Of a stretch of 64,000 nt of DNA, positions 34,870 through 53,233 are shown one piece after another. Source of the DNA: the human T2T-CHM13v2.0 reference genome, Homo sapiens. The first letter of the stretch is position 1. Each line of letters begins with the position of its first letter. The notes beneath the pieces were generated by a model that did not search any database, had not been told where the DNA came from, and saw nothing but the letters and a program-made list of their open reading frames with translations. The DNA is taken from assembly GCF_009914755.1 (NCBI RefSeq), contig NC_060930.1; one strand, written 5' to 3'. The translations under genes were made by a program, and so were the position numbers.

Positions 34870-36927
34870 ATGGGACAAACTGAAAGTAAATATGCCTCTT
34901 ATCTCAGCTCTATTAAAATTCTTTTAAAAAGAGGGGGAGTTAGAGTCTCTACAAAAAATCTAATCATGCTATTTCAAACAATAGAACAATTCTGCCCATG
35001 GTTTCTAGAACAGGGAACCTTAGATCTAAAAGATTGGGAAAAAATTGGCAAAGAATTAAAACAAACAATTAGGGAGGGTAAAATCATCCCACTTACAGTA
35101 TGGAATGATTGGGTCATTATTAAAGTAGCTTTAGAACTGTTTCAAACAGGAGAAGATAGCGTTTCAGTTTCTGATGCCCCTGAAAGCTGTGTAATCTATT
35201 GTGAAGAAGAGGCTGGGATAGAATCTCAGAAAGGAACGGAAAGTTCACATTGTAAATATGTAGCAGAGCCGGTAATGACTCGGTCAATGCAAAATGTAGA
35301 CTATAATCAATTACAGAAAGTAATATATCCTGAAACATTAAAATTAGAAGAAAAGGGTCCAAAATTAGCGGGGCCGTCAGAGTCTAAACCACAATGGCCA
35401 ACTCCTCTTCCAGCAGTTCAGATGCCTGTAACATTGCAACCTCAAATGCAGGTTAGACAAGTACAAACCCCAGAAGAATATCAAATAGAAAAAGATAAAG
35501 TCTCTGCCATGGCAATGCCAATCCAGATACAGTATCCACAATATCAGCAGGTAGAAAATAAGACCCAACTGCCAGTAGCCTATCAATACTGGCCGCCAGC
35601 CGAACTTCAGTATCGGCCGCCCCCAGAAAATCAGTATGGACACCCAGGAATGTTTCCAGCACCACAGGGCAGGGCTCTAGATCCTCAGCCGTCCACTGTG
35701 AGACTTAATCCTACAGCACTACCTAGTGGACAGCATAGTGCATTACATAAAATTATTGATAAGGCAAGAAAACAAGGAGATACTGAGGCGTGACAATTCC
35801 CAGTAACATTAGAACTGATACCACCTGGAGAAGGGGCCCAAGAGGGAGTGCCTCCCCTAGCTGAGGCCAGATATGAGTCCTTTTCTATAAAAATGCTAAA
35901 AGATATGAAAGAGGGAGTAAAACAGTATGGACCCAGCTCCCCTTATATGAAAATATTATTAGATTCCATTGCTCATGGACAGAGACTCATTCCTTATGAT
36001 TGGGAGATTTTGGCCAAATCATCACTCTCACCCTCTCAATTTTTACAATTTAAGACTTGGTGAATTGATGGGGCACAAGAACAGATCCAAAAAAATAGGG
36101 CTGCCAATCCTCCAGTTAACATAGATGCAGATCAACTATTAGGAACAGGTCAAAATTGGAGCACTACCAATCAACAAGCAATAATGCAAAATGAGGCCAT
36201 TAAGCAAGTTAGAGCTATATGCCTTAGAGCCTGGGAAAAAAATCCAAGACCCAGGAACCGCCTTCCCCTCATTCAATACAATAAAACAAGGCTCTAAAGA
36301 GACCTAGCCTGATTTTGCGGCAAGGCTCCAAGTCAATCACCGATGAGAATGCCTGTAAGGTCATAGTGGAGTTGATGGCATAGGAAAACGCCAATCCTGA
36401 GTGTCAATCAGCCATTAAGCCATTAAAAGGAAAGGTCCCAGCAGGATCAGATGTAATCTCATAGTATGTAAAAGCCTGTGATGGAATTGGAGGAGCTATG
36501 CATAAAGTTATGCTTATGACTCAAGCAACAACGGGAGTTGCTTTAGGACGATAAGTTAGAACATTTGGGGGAAAATGTTATAATTGTGGACAAATTGTTC
36601 ATCTAAAAAAATTGCCCAGCCTCAAACAAAATATTCAAGCTACTACAACAACAGATAGAGCCACCTGACTTATGTCCAAGATGTAAAAAAGGAAAACATT
36701 GGGATAATCCATGTCCTTCTAAATTTGATAAAAGTGGGCAACCATTGTGGGGAAATGAGAAGAGGGGCCAGCCTCAGGCCCCACAACAAACTGAGGCATT
36801 CCCAATTCAGCCCTTTTTTCCTCAGGGTTTTCACAGACAACCCCCACTGTCACAAATGCCTCAGCGAATGAGCCAGTTACCACAATACAGCAATTGTCCC
36901 CCGCCACAAGTGGCAATGCAGCAGTAG
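34870..36927 (+). pseudogene. gag: HERV-K gag; open for 307 codons (34870-35793), then stops and frameshifts
   Basis: MGQTESKYASY matrix start; CA peptide YDWEILAKSSLSPSQFLQFKTW; NC Cys-His remnants; ends [10 protein letters not shown]. Confidence 0.95.
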
Positions 36928-37689
36928 ATTTATGTACTATGCAAGCAGTCTCTCTGCTTCCAGGGGAGCCCCCACAAAAAATCTCCACAGGGGTATATGG
37001 CCCACTGCCTGAGGGGACTGTAGGACTAATCTTAGGAAGATCCAGTCTAAATCTAAAGGGAGTTCAAATTCATACTGGTGTGGTTGAGTCAAACTATGAA
37101 GGTGAAATTCAATTGGCTATTAGCTCCTCAATTCCTTGGAGTGGCAATCCAGGAGACAGGATTGTTAAATTATTACTCCTGCCTTATATTAAAGTTGGAA
37201 ACAGTGAGATAAAAGAACAGGAGGGTTTGGAAGCACTGATCTGGCAGGAAAGGCTGCATATTGGGCAAGTCAAGTCTCAGAGAGCAGACCTGTGTGTAAG
37301 GCCATTATTCAAAAAAAACAGTTTGAAGGGTTAGTAGACACTGGAGCAGATGTCTCTATCATTGCTTTAAATCAGTGGCCAAAAAATTGGCCTAAACAAA
37401 AGGCTGTTACAGGACTTGTCAGCATAGGCACTGCCTCAGAAGTGTATCAAATTACTATGATTTTGCATTGTTCAGGGCCGAATAATCAAGAAAGTACTGT
37501 TCAGCCAATGATTACTTCATTTCCTGTTAATCCGTGGGGTCATTTATTACAACAATGGGGTGCAGAAATCACTATGCCGGCTCCATTATACAGCCCCACA
37601 AGTCAAAAAATCATGACTAAAATGGATATATACCAGGAAAGGGACTAGGAAAAAATGAAAATGGCATTAAAGTCCCAATTCAGAGTGAG

Positions 37690-41556
<3,867 letters not shown>

Positions 41557-43306
41557 TTATACCTACTGGGCCTATGTGCCTTTCCTGCCCTTAATTCAGG
41601 AGTCACATGGATGGATAATCCTATTGAATTATATGTTAATAATAGCGTGTGGCTACCTGGCCCCACAGATGATTATTGCCCTGCCAAACCTGAGGAAGAA
41701 GGAATGATGATAAATATTTCCACTGGGTATTGTTATCCTCCTATTTGCCTAGGGAGAACACCAGGATGTTTAATGCCTGCAATCCAAAATTGGTTGGTAA
41801 ACGTACCTACTTTCAGTACCACCAGTAGATTTACTTATCACATGGTAAGTGGAATGTCACTCAGGCCACAGGTAAATTATTTACAGGACTTTTCTTATCA
41901 AAGATCATTAAAATTTAGGCCTAAAGGGAAACCTTGCCCCAAGGAAATTCCCAAAGGATCAAAAGACACAGAAGTTTTAGTTTTGGAAGAATGTGTGGCC
42001 AATAGAGCAGTGATATTACAAAACGATGAATTTGGAACTGTTATAGATAGGGCACCTCGAGGTCAATTCTACCACAATTGCACAGGACAAACTCAATCAT
42101 GTCCCAGTGCACAAGTGAGTCCAGATGTTGATAGCGACATAACAGAAAGTCTAGACAAACATAAGCACGAAAAATTATAGTCTTTCTACCCTTGAGAATG
42201 AGGAGAAAAAGAAATCTCTACTCCAAGACCAAAAATAATAAGTCCTGTTTCTGGTCCTGAACATCCAGAATTATGGAGGCTTAATGTGGCCTCATTACCA
42301 TATTAGAATTTGGTCTAGAAATCAAGCTATAAAAACAAGAGATCATAAGCCGTGTTACACTATCAACCTAAATTCCAGTCTAACGGTTCCTTCACAAAGT
42401 TGTGTAAAGCCCCCTTATATGCTAGTTGTAGGAAATATAGTTATTAAACCAGACTCCCAAACTATAACCTGTGAAAATTGCAGACTGTTTACTTGCATTG
42501 ATTCGACTTTTAATTGGCAGCACTGTATTCTGCTAGTGAGAGCAAGAGAAGGCGTGTGGATCCCCGTGTCCATGCACCGACCGTGGGAGGCCTCGCCATC
42601 TGTCCATATTTTGACTGAAGTATTAAAAGGCATTTTAAATAGATCCAAAAGATTCGTTTTTACTTTAATTGCAGTGTTATCGGATTAAGTGCAGTCACAG
42701 CTACGGCCGCTGTGGCAGGAGTTGCATTGCACTCTTCTGTTCAGACAGTAAACTTTGTTAACGATTGGCAAAAGAATTCTACAAGATTGTGGAATTCACA
42801 ATCTGGTATTAATCAAAAACTGGCAAATCAAATTAATGATCTTAGACAAACTGTCATTTGGATGGGAGATAGACTCATGAGCTTGGAACATCGTTTCCAG
42901 TTACAGTGTGACTGAAATAGGTCAGATTTTTGTATTACACCCCAAGTTTATAATGAGTCTGAGCATCACTGGGACATGGTTAGATGCCATCTACAGGGAA
43001 GAGAAGATAACCTCACTTTAGACATTTCCAAATTAAAAGAACAAATTTTTGAAGCATCAAAAGCCCATTTAAATTTGGTACCAGGAACTGAGGCAATCGC
43101 GGGAGTTGCTGATGGTCTTGCAAATCTTAACCCTGTCACTTGGGTTAAGACCATCGGAAGTACTACTCTTATAAATTTCATATTAATCCTTGTGTGCCTG
43201 TTCTGTCTGTTGTTAGTCTGCAGGTGTACCCAACAGCTCCAAAGAGACAGCGACCATCGAGAACAGGCCATGATGAACGGGCCATGATGACGATGGCGGT
43301 TTTGTT

Positions 43307-43324
43307 GAAAAGAAAAGGGGGAAA
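43307..43324 (+). other. Polypurine tract
   Basis: gaaaagaaaagggggaaa immediately before the 3' LTR. Confidence 0.9.
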
Positions 43325-44272
43325 TGCGGGGAAAAGAGAGATCAGACTGTTACTGTGTCCATGTAGAAAGAAGTAGACATAAGAGACTCCATTTTGTTCT
43401 GTACTAAGAGAAATTCTTCTGCCTTGAGATGCTGTTAATCTGTAACCCTATCCCCAACCCTGTGCTTTGCAGAGACATGTGCTGTGTTGACTCAAGGTTT
43501 AGTGGATTTAGGGCTGTGCAGGATATGCTTTGTTAAAAAAGTGCTTGAAGGCAGCATGCTTGTTAAAAGTCATCATCATTCTCTAACCTCAAGTACCCAG
43601 GGACACAATACACTGCAGGGACCTCTGCCTAGGAAAGCCAGGTATTGTCCAAGGTTTCTCCCCATGTGATAGCCTGAGATAGGGCCTCGTGGGAAGGGAA
43701 AGACCTGACTGTCCCCCAGCCTGACACCCATAAAGGGTCTGTGTAGTAAAAGAGGAAGGCCTCTTTGCAGTTATGATAAGAGGAAGGCATCTGTCTCCTG
43801 CTCATCCCTGGGCAATAGAATGTCTCAGTGTAAAACCCGATTGTATGTTCTATTTACTGAAATAGGAGAAAACAGCCTTAAGGCTGGAGGTGAGACATGC
43901 TAGCAGCAATACTGCTCTTTAATGCACCCAGAGATGTTTGTGTACGAGATGTTTTTGTACATGCACATCAAAGCACAACACGTTTTCTTAAACTTATTTA
44001 TGACACAGAGACCTTTGTTCACATGTTTTCCTGCTGACCCTCTCCCCACTATTACCCTATCATCTTGCCACATCCCCCTCTCCGAGACGGTAGAGATAAT
44101 GATCAATAAATACTGAGGGAACTCAGAGACCAGTGCCAGCACGTGAGCGCCAGTCTCCTGGGCCCACTTTTCTTTCTCTATACTTTGTTTCTGTCTCTTA
44201 TTTCTTTTTTCAGTCTCTCATCCCACCTGACAAGAAACGCCCACAGGTGTGGAGGGGCAGGCCACCCCTTCA
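43325..44272 (+). repeat. 3' LTR (LTR5 family)
   Basis: TGCGGGGAAAAG...CCACCCCTTCA. Confidence 0.95.
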
Positions 44273-44347
44273 CCTGGGCTCAAGCGATCTGCCCACCTCG
44301 GCGTCCCAAAGTACTGGGATTAGAGGCGTGAGCCACCGCGCCCGGCC
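44273..44347 (-). mobile_element. Alu 5' fragment abutting the 3' LTR
   Basis: cctgggctcaagcgatctgcccacctcggc...gagccaccgcgcccggcc. Confidence 0.88.
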
Positions 44348-44523
44348 TTTCCTTAATTTTTGCCTTTAAACAAAATCCCAAGCACCAGAAACCTCTGATT
44401 GATGGCTTCAGCCATTATTTTTCTGGCCTAACAGCTCAAATTCAAATGTCCAGAATAGAGCAAGGTGAATTAAAATCCTTGCTTGGTATATAAAACACTC
44501 ATCAACAGAAGGCCAAGGCCTTA

Positions 44524-44597
44524 CGCCCCAGCAAGGGATTGAACCCTGAATCCTCAGGCTAAAAGTCTGATAGCTCTACCGACTGAGCTACCCAGGC
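44524..44597 (-). tRNA. Degenerate tRNA-Lys (TTT), probable pseudogene
   Basis: GCCTGGGTAGCTCAGTCGGTAGAGCTATCAGACTTTTAGCCTGAGGATTCAGGGTTCAATCCCTTGCTGGGGCG; A/B boxes intact; G5:G68 and A31:C39 mismatches, one extra base before the anticodon stem. Confidence 0.85.
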
Positions 44598-46344
44598 TCA
44601 CGACAGCAACCTTCCCTCATAGCTTAAGTACATAGCTTAAGTACAGAGAAATACAGTTATCGTCAGCTTTGTCTTCCATTCCAAACGAAAACAATCGCTT
44701 GCAGAACTACCTCACGTGCTCAAACCAAAAGCAGCCGGCAAATCCCATTTCTACACTCACCAACCTACTCCCACCACAACCATCTGGCTTTTTTCGAAAG
44801 CCACCAATACCAGCCGCTACTACACCTCAAACAAAACCTAGCTACGCGGGTACGCTCCCGAAGCGTTCAGCTCTGGAAACAGCCCAACGACGCTCTCAAA
44901 AGCCGACAGTTGTTTGCGTAAAAAGGAATGGTATCTTACTAGGGGACGAAAGGTTTTGGCCTACTTCCTTTCAAACATACAAGACTGTAATATTTTTTCG
45001 TACCTAGAGGACTCAGAGAAAACGTGCAGAGCTTGGACACGTCCTACTTATTCATCCATCCAAATCCTGTACGTGCTGTTTTGCTAACCCCAACCTCGCC
45101 TCACCCCCTCTCTCCAACCACCCATCCCTTCACCCTTTCCCTTCTGGTCTCCTCACTGCCTCCTCCTAGGCCACGACTTCCCAATAACTCAGCCCACTCC
45201 ATCCAGCTTGAATTCTTGATTTTCCAGGCCAGGATTTCCCAAATCTGCCGGATTTCGAATTTAGGGAGCTTTCTAAATGATGTAACTTAACTGCCCGGCC
45301 CCGCCTGGACCGTGATTTCGGTCGTCATCCAAAACTCATGTCTGGGTTGACTGTCACACAAAACACTGGCGAGAGGATGACAGCGTCGACCCTTTGAGCT
45401 GTGTCAGATCACGTTTGAGACGCTCACCAGGCGTACAAAGTGTTAGTTCCTTGCATAGATCGTGCCCCAGTCCACACACCTTCTCCCTTGCCCTCTCCTG
45501 ATTCCAGAGAGAATCCCATCTGAAAGAGGCTATGTATCCGACTGCAGCATTCTCCCTCCTCCTCCCTACCCCGCCTCCTCTCTTTCAGATCAGAGCTTCG
45601 GCGATGGAAAAGCAGCTGTCGGTCCTGGCCGTGTAACCACCCCAGATTTGCCAGACACACGCTGTCGCTCTGCATTTCAGGCCAGGTTTTGTGAATTCTG
45701 TAAGCTTCTGTTTTACATCCTCCATTAGGACCTAGAGTTCGCCAAGCAGCATTTAACTTTACTTCTTTGATTTCCTTTCTGTGTTACCTTTGGTGTCCTT
45801 AGGCAGAAGAAGTTGAGGGAAAGGGGCAACTTGAAGAGGCAAGAAAATGCTTCATTCCTGGGGCTTTGTGAATGGAAGTGCCCGCCAGGGAGTCGGTTGT
45901 GGAGCGGACCTTGGAGCAAGCTGACAGGTAGGAAGATGTGTGAAGCAGAAACAATGAATCCCAGGGTCCAAAATCGGTCTAAGGCCAAGTTTTATTTTGT
46001 TTTCTAGAAATCTATATGAATGCATTTCCAGTCTTCCTGCTACCCTCACTTCAAAGGCCTTCTCCCTAGACACGGGAAAATCCAGAGCTCCAGAAGCAAG
46101 TTCTCAGCAGAATTCCAGCTTTTTCACTTTTTGTCCCCCGCTTTGATACATGAACTAGCATTCAAAAGGAAACAAAAATGGAACTGATTTTGGTACATTC
46201 CTCCAGTGTAGGACTATGCTTAGAAACAGAGGAGTTCTTCGTCTTATCATTTTTACTGGCCCCTTGTTTATACCGTCAGTGTTTATTTCAGGAAACTCAA
46301 TAACTTAGGCATCTGTCTATGCTTAAACTGTTCCCCACCCGCCA

Positions 46345-46345
46345 C

Positions 46346-46402
<57 letters not shown>
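46345..46402. repeat. (CA)n microsatellite
   Basis: About 28 CA units with one TA interruption. Confidence 0.97.
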
Positions 46403-46405
<3 letters not shown>

Positions 46406-46705
46406 CCCTTTGGCTGCATCTACCGCAGGGATCTTTGGTGTGCTGTTAACTCATGAATTCTACTTTCTGGTTGTACAACTGTAAACACAAGCAACTTGAT
46501 TTTTCAGAAGGCAAGTGTAAGAGAAGAAATTTTAACCCATCGCCCACTAAGACTCTTGCAATTTTATTTCAACTAAGTATGCGATAACACAGCGTGTCAA
46601 AATATTCAATGAGAATCTATTTACTATCTACCAGACTAATCACTCTGCCAAAATCCGGCGTCGAGAAGAAAACTTTTAAGACTTTAAGCCCCCTACCATA
46701 TCTAA

Positions 46706-47071
<366 letters not shown>

Positions 47072-47235
47072 GCAAATGAGTTTTCAAAGTTCACATTGGC
47101 AAGCTCCGCATTCCTTAAGAAACGCGGTTTGGGTTATCCAAGTTCTTCCAATCACTCACCCAAACAGACATGAGATCTGCTTCTCCCAAATCAATGGAGG
47201 TCCATAATGAGAGGATGGATTGGCTGAAGGAAAAA

Positions 47236-47307
47236 TGGAGGTGCCAGGGATTGAACCAGGGACCTCGTACATGCGAAGCACGCGCTCTACCACTGATCTA
47301 CACCCCC
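47236..47307 (-). tRNA. tRNA-Ala (CGC), atypical and possibly non-functional
   Basis: GGGGGTGTAGATCAGTGGTAGAGCGCGTGCTTCGCATGTACGAGGTCCCTGGTTCAATCCCTGGCACCTCCA; G3:U70 kept, A11:G24 and U51:U63 mismatches; T5 immediately downstream. Confidence 0.9.
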
Positions 47308-49440
47308 TGACTCTCAAACTTCCTGGGTTCTTTTATAAAATGTTGTTGCTATTTTTCTTGTTGGTTTTGTTTTGTTATAGTTTTTTAACTTAAGAGTTAG
47401 GTAGAGAAAGTCCACTGGATTAAATTTCATTATCTCTGAAATTACAAGACTGGATACTGTGTAGTGGCTTCATTAGACGAGTAACAGATTTTAGTCTGAA
47501 TAGCACCGTTTTTGATTCTAGGACCTTCCCATTCCTGTTAACTTGCTCCAAGGTCCACTTGCCGGCGACTCGGTGAGAGTTTCTTGCCTCCACCAGGAAG
47601 GTCCTGAGACAGTCTCAAGTCTCCAACATATATAGCAGCGATAATGACTCAGAAAAAAGTGTTTTTCAGTCCAGAGGCAGCCGCGGGCTTTCCTTGATCT
47701 TCACACCATGCTGGGTCGGAGGCTCTGCCAACATCCATTTTCCAGCTCTTTTCGTGAGTCCCAGGTTCTGAGATTGTCCTGCTCTGATTCCACACCCCAT
47801 CTCTATTTCTCGCTTGACGATTATTATATCCACAAACGGGTTTTAAAACAGCGACTTCAAAACTCCATCAACTTTAAATGGAGTGACATATTCCCTCCCA
47901 CCCAGACTTAGGGAATAAACAGGGCAAGGTCAGACGCAGGGCAGCGGAGAGAATTTCCAACTGCCTTCCCTTTGAGAACCCACGGACACAAGGAGGAATT
48001 CTGCTATATATGTACATATTTGAAAGAAAAAGTCAAAGAGGCCCGGAAACCTTCAAGCAGTGCCACCGGGGGATTGGAAAATGCGAGCAGGTCCTGGATA
48101 TGGCAAAGCAAATAGAATTGAATTGTCTGGGAACGAGCAGAGCCCTTTGTTCACGGGGAGCTTTCAGCTTAGCATATAAGGCGAAGGATGTACATATTCA
48201 CGTCAAAGCCTTGGGCTGCTTCTTTATCCAAGAGCTGTTGTGTAACACTGACGAAAGTTATATCAAGCAAGTTTTCCTTTAAAGCCTCAAAACACTGAAA
48301 AAAAAAGTGTTCACTGGCAAAGGCAAGGAACATTTAAGCCACCCAATTTTGATTCTCCTCGCCTTAGCCCTCTAGAAGATTTCCTTGAAAAGTGAGTGCA
48401 GGAGGATGTTTGTGATCAGGCAACATGCTGCTGAAACACATCATTGATTTCAAACTCTGAGGAGGGATATGGGAGTTTTAGACCTTTAATCGGGGGCTCT
48501 CCCAACTGAGTTATGTCAGCTGCACCTCTACCTTCACTGACACTAGTAATTATCTCAGCTATTGAGTTTCGAAAGCACTGCATTATTTGAGAGATGTCTT
48601 TCCCTTGATCCCTCACTCAGAAGTTGGGATCAATAGCCTGCCACATTTGGTAATTGATTGAAACTACTGCCATCTGTGTGCATGGAAGAGCAGTGAGGGG
48701 AGAGAAAAATCAGTGGGTGAGTTTTGGCTCCTCAGGCTTCACACAGGAACAACCACAAAAAGAGTTGTTAACAAAGATTGCTTAAGGGCCTCTTTTTCTT
48801 TTCCTTGATCATTCTTTTTCATCGTTGTTCCTCAGGAAACTGTGTAATGGAACGAAAAGAATGAGAGCTTACTAATGTGATGGTGACATGATTGTTCCTC
48901 TCCTTTTGGGAGATCCTGAGTGAGGGGGATATTTCTCTCTCAATTCTTCTTGTCTTATGCTTATGCAACAGGGTTGTGTTATTTAAGTACAGCTTTGAAG
49001 AAGTAAGAGAAAAGCAGTATGAAGGAATAAACCTGGACTCACCTGCATGCTTAGCCGGTGCTCTGCCACCAAGCTATATACCCCAATTGACCCTACATTT
49101 CAGTAAATCCTCTAAAACTGATGATTGTCCCAATTTCTGGATATCCAGTGGTTGGTAGGACAGTTTACTGTATTCAACCTCACTATTTCAGAAAATCCTA
49201 GACCAGTCCCTTTTTGCAGCTATGCCATGAAAAGTAATGGAATGCTAGACCAAAAAACAGTTTTGTTTACTAAGATCTTCCTCCTCCAATTTTCTCACTC
49301 CAGTCAGGCCACTCCAAGGTCTGCTCACCAACATACTACAGAGCATCAGCTTCAACTCATCGAGGAGAATCCCAAGTTGAGATATTTACTTCTTTTCAAT
49401 ATTATTTTCTTTCAACTTCCATGTTGTCTACAAAGTATCA

Positions 49441-49833
<393 letters not shown>

Positions 49834-50259
49834 TCAGGGGATTTAGATCCAGGTAAGTGGGAAAGATAGAAGTGAAATAAATTAATAATACTTGCTGAGA
49901 AATGAAGTATGACAAAATGAGAGACATGAGTGCCAATCTCAAAATATAGGCTAATGTTGGGTAGATAAGACAGAAGAGGAAAAAATTTATCTCAAAGCCT
50001 GGCTATAAATGAAGAGCAACAACAGTGTTTCACAGTCACTGTTCTAGCAAACCCTGGCCTGGACCCAATTAATGGATGCTTCAGCTCTAGTTAAGGAGGC
50101 CCCATAGAAGGAAAGGGAAAGAGTAAAAGAAGGGAAAAGCTGCAATGTATTATAAAGCCTCATTTGGATAAAATTCTGTCCAGAATAAAGAAAGTGGAAA
50201 AGAAACAATATGTGATCTGGAACATTAAGTCTTTATAACGTCTTTGTAAAAAAACAAAC

Positions 50260-50308
<49 letters not shown>
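50260..50308. repeat. (GATA)n tetranucleotide STR
   Basis: 12 perfect GATA units. Confidence 0.97.
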
Positions 50309-50309
<1 letters not shown>

Positions 50310-50313
50310 ATCT

Positions 50314-50718
<405 letters not shown>

Positions 50719-51327
50719 TCAACCCTCACAGGAGCTTTGGAGAAAACCCTAGGGTACCTTCTAGCAGAAGCAGCCAGTAAGGTACATGATTTTAAAGCTT
50801 CCCAGATGATTCCAGTAATCAGTCAGCTTTGAGAACCAATAGCCTAGGAAGTCAAGCACCCAGAGCCTGTATTGAATTAATTTTTTAGGAAAATTTCATA
50901 GAAGAGGAGGTGAAGTGAACATATAGTAGACAGGATATATCCAAAGGTCTATATCTTTCTTGTTATCACTAGAGTACAAGTTCTTATCTATACAAGTTCC
51001 CCTTTCTTCTGGAAGAAAAAACACTAAAGACATTTGTCCCACAGGAAGATCTGACTTGTTTAGTCTAAAATTGTTATGGCTTTGACAATGCCTTGCTGCC
51101 CTTTTCTGTCACTGGACAAACACTATGAGCACTTTGGAGGGCATGCGTGTAGCTGATTTGAAGGTGCATGGTGCAGGAGCCACTGTTATTGGTGGCTTCC
51201 ATAAGCACCACAGTGTGCAAAGTGTGAGTGGTTACACTGCAATCAATGTTAATTATAGAAGTGGAATTTATGGCTGATTTTGGCTTTAGCATCTCAGGTA
51301 TGTGTGTAAGCAAAATACAGTGTGGAG

Positions 51328-51625
51328 GGCCGGGCGCGGTGGCTCGCTCCTGTAATCCCAGCACTTTGAGAGGCCAAGGTGGGCAGATCACCTGAGGTTG
51401 GGAGTTCAAGACCAGCCTGACCAACATGGAGAAACCCCGTCTCTACCAAAAATACAAAATGAGCTGGGTGTGGTGGCACATGCCTGTAATCCCAGCTACT
51501 CAGGAGGCTGAGGCGGGAGAATCACTTGAACGCAAGAGGTGGAGGTGGTGGTGAGCCGAGATCGCACCACTGCATTCCAGCCTGGGCAACAAAAGGGCAA
51601 CTCCGACTCAAAAAAAAAAAAAAAA
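51328..51625 (+). mobile_element. Alu (Sp/Sq-like)
   Basis: ccaacatggagaaacccc; TSD agtgtgga. Confidence 0.92.
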
Positions 51626-52903
51626 GTGTGGAAACTTGAAATGAAAGAGAAAATATGAGGCAAACAGGTTAGAGTATAATTTTTAAAATATTCACTTGAC
51701 AAGATTTCAAGAAGCTCTTTAACTATGAAGGGGCATAGCCCATTTGGTGGAGGTTTAGTCTTTTAAGGTGAGATTTCAGGATTTAAACCCTTGGTAAAGC
51801 TAATCTTTTATTTCACCTATGTATTTCTAACTTTTTGATAGAGGTAAATTGAAACCTGGATTTCTCTTAGGAAACTAAGTGTTTATAGTGAGCACATCCT
51901 TCCATACATCCTCCTGTTTGCTCAACTGGATTCTAAAAGTCGAGAGTTTGAGGGAGCAAAACCAAGGTTGCAGTAAAATAAGAATTCCATGGTTTAAACA
52001 GATGCAACCCAGCAATTTTCTGCTCTATTCTACCACTGTAGGCAGAAGCCAACATTGAAGACTTACGAGAATTAAATGGGTTACCAGAAGAGTGACTATA
52101 GGCATGAAAGTGGAAAAACAGATTTAAGAGAATGAGGAAGAATGCAGACTGACGGGGGATTTAGAGTTATGGATTTAGTGAGTGAGGGATTTACTTAAGG
52201 AGACTTCCAAGTAGCTTGATTAGTCTTCTATCTAGCTAGTAAGTACAGAAAGATAAGCAGAATCTCTGCCAGGTTTTTTGTTGCTGTTAGGTTGATTACC
52301 TTTTGAATTAAAAGTAAGAAACAAAATCCCTCCCACTGTTATGTGGCATTAGGTTTTGTATTGGCATTAAGGAAAATTGAGCATGAAGAACCCATGAAGT
52401 TAAATGGAAAAACACTTAATTCCCAATCAGAAAACTGACAGCTCACAATGAAAATTGGAACAATACTCAAAAATCTTATTATCTTCTGATAAGAATGGGT
52501 AATTTTGAGCCCTCATGCTACCCACTCTCCAGAGGACCTCTCCTTCATAGCCTCATGAAAATGCAAAACTCACGGTAAGAGATGTCATGTCTGCAGAGTT
52601 TCTGACTCAGAGATTAGGGTGCCTTCCAAAAACTCTGTATATTGTTACTTAGACATAATCCACTTTAAAATGAAAAGAAGTGGCATGGTTTTGCCATGTG
52701 ATATGCACGTAATTCACTGATAATGATGGTGAAAATGTCTGACCCACGAGATGAAGTCTGCAATGAAGTTTGTGTAGATAAAAATGGAGAATGACAGCAA
52801 AGACAGAAAGGACAGAGGATCAGGAGAGAGTGGCATATTTTCTGCCTATGAGCTTCTTTTTCCTCATTTCACAGTCTTTCTTTCTCTTCAGTACTATTGC
52901 TAA

Positions 52904-53233
<330 letters not shown>

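Noticed and set aside
44524-44597. Idea that the neighbouring tRNA-Lys is the provirus's own primer gene
   Set aside because: The PBS matches Lys(CTT) 3' ends (GCCCAACGTG); this relic is Lys(TTT)-type and its 3' end does not match.
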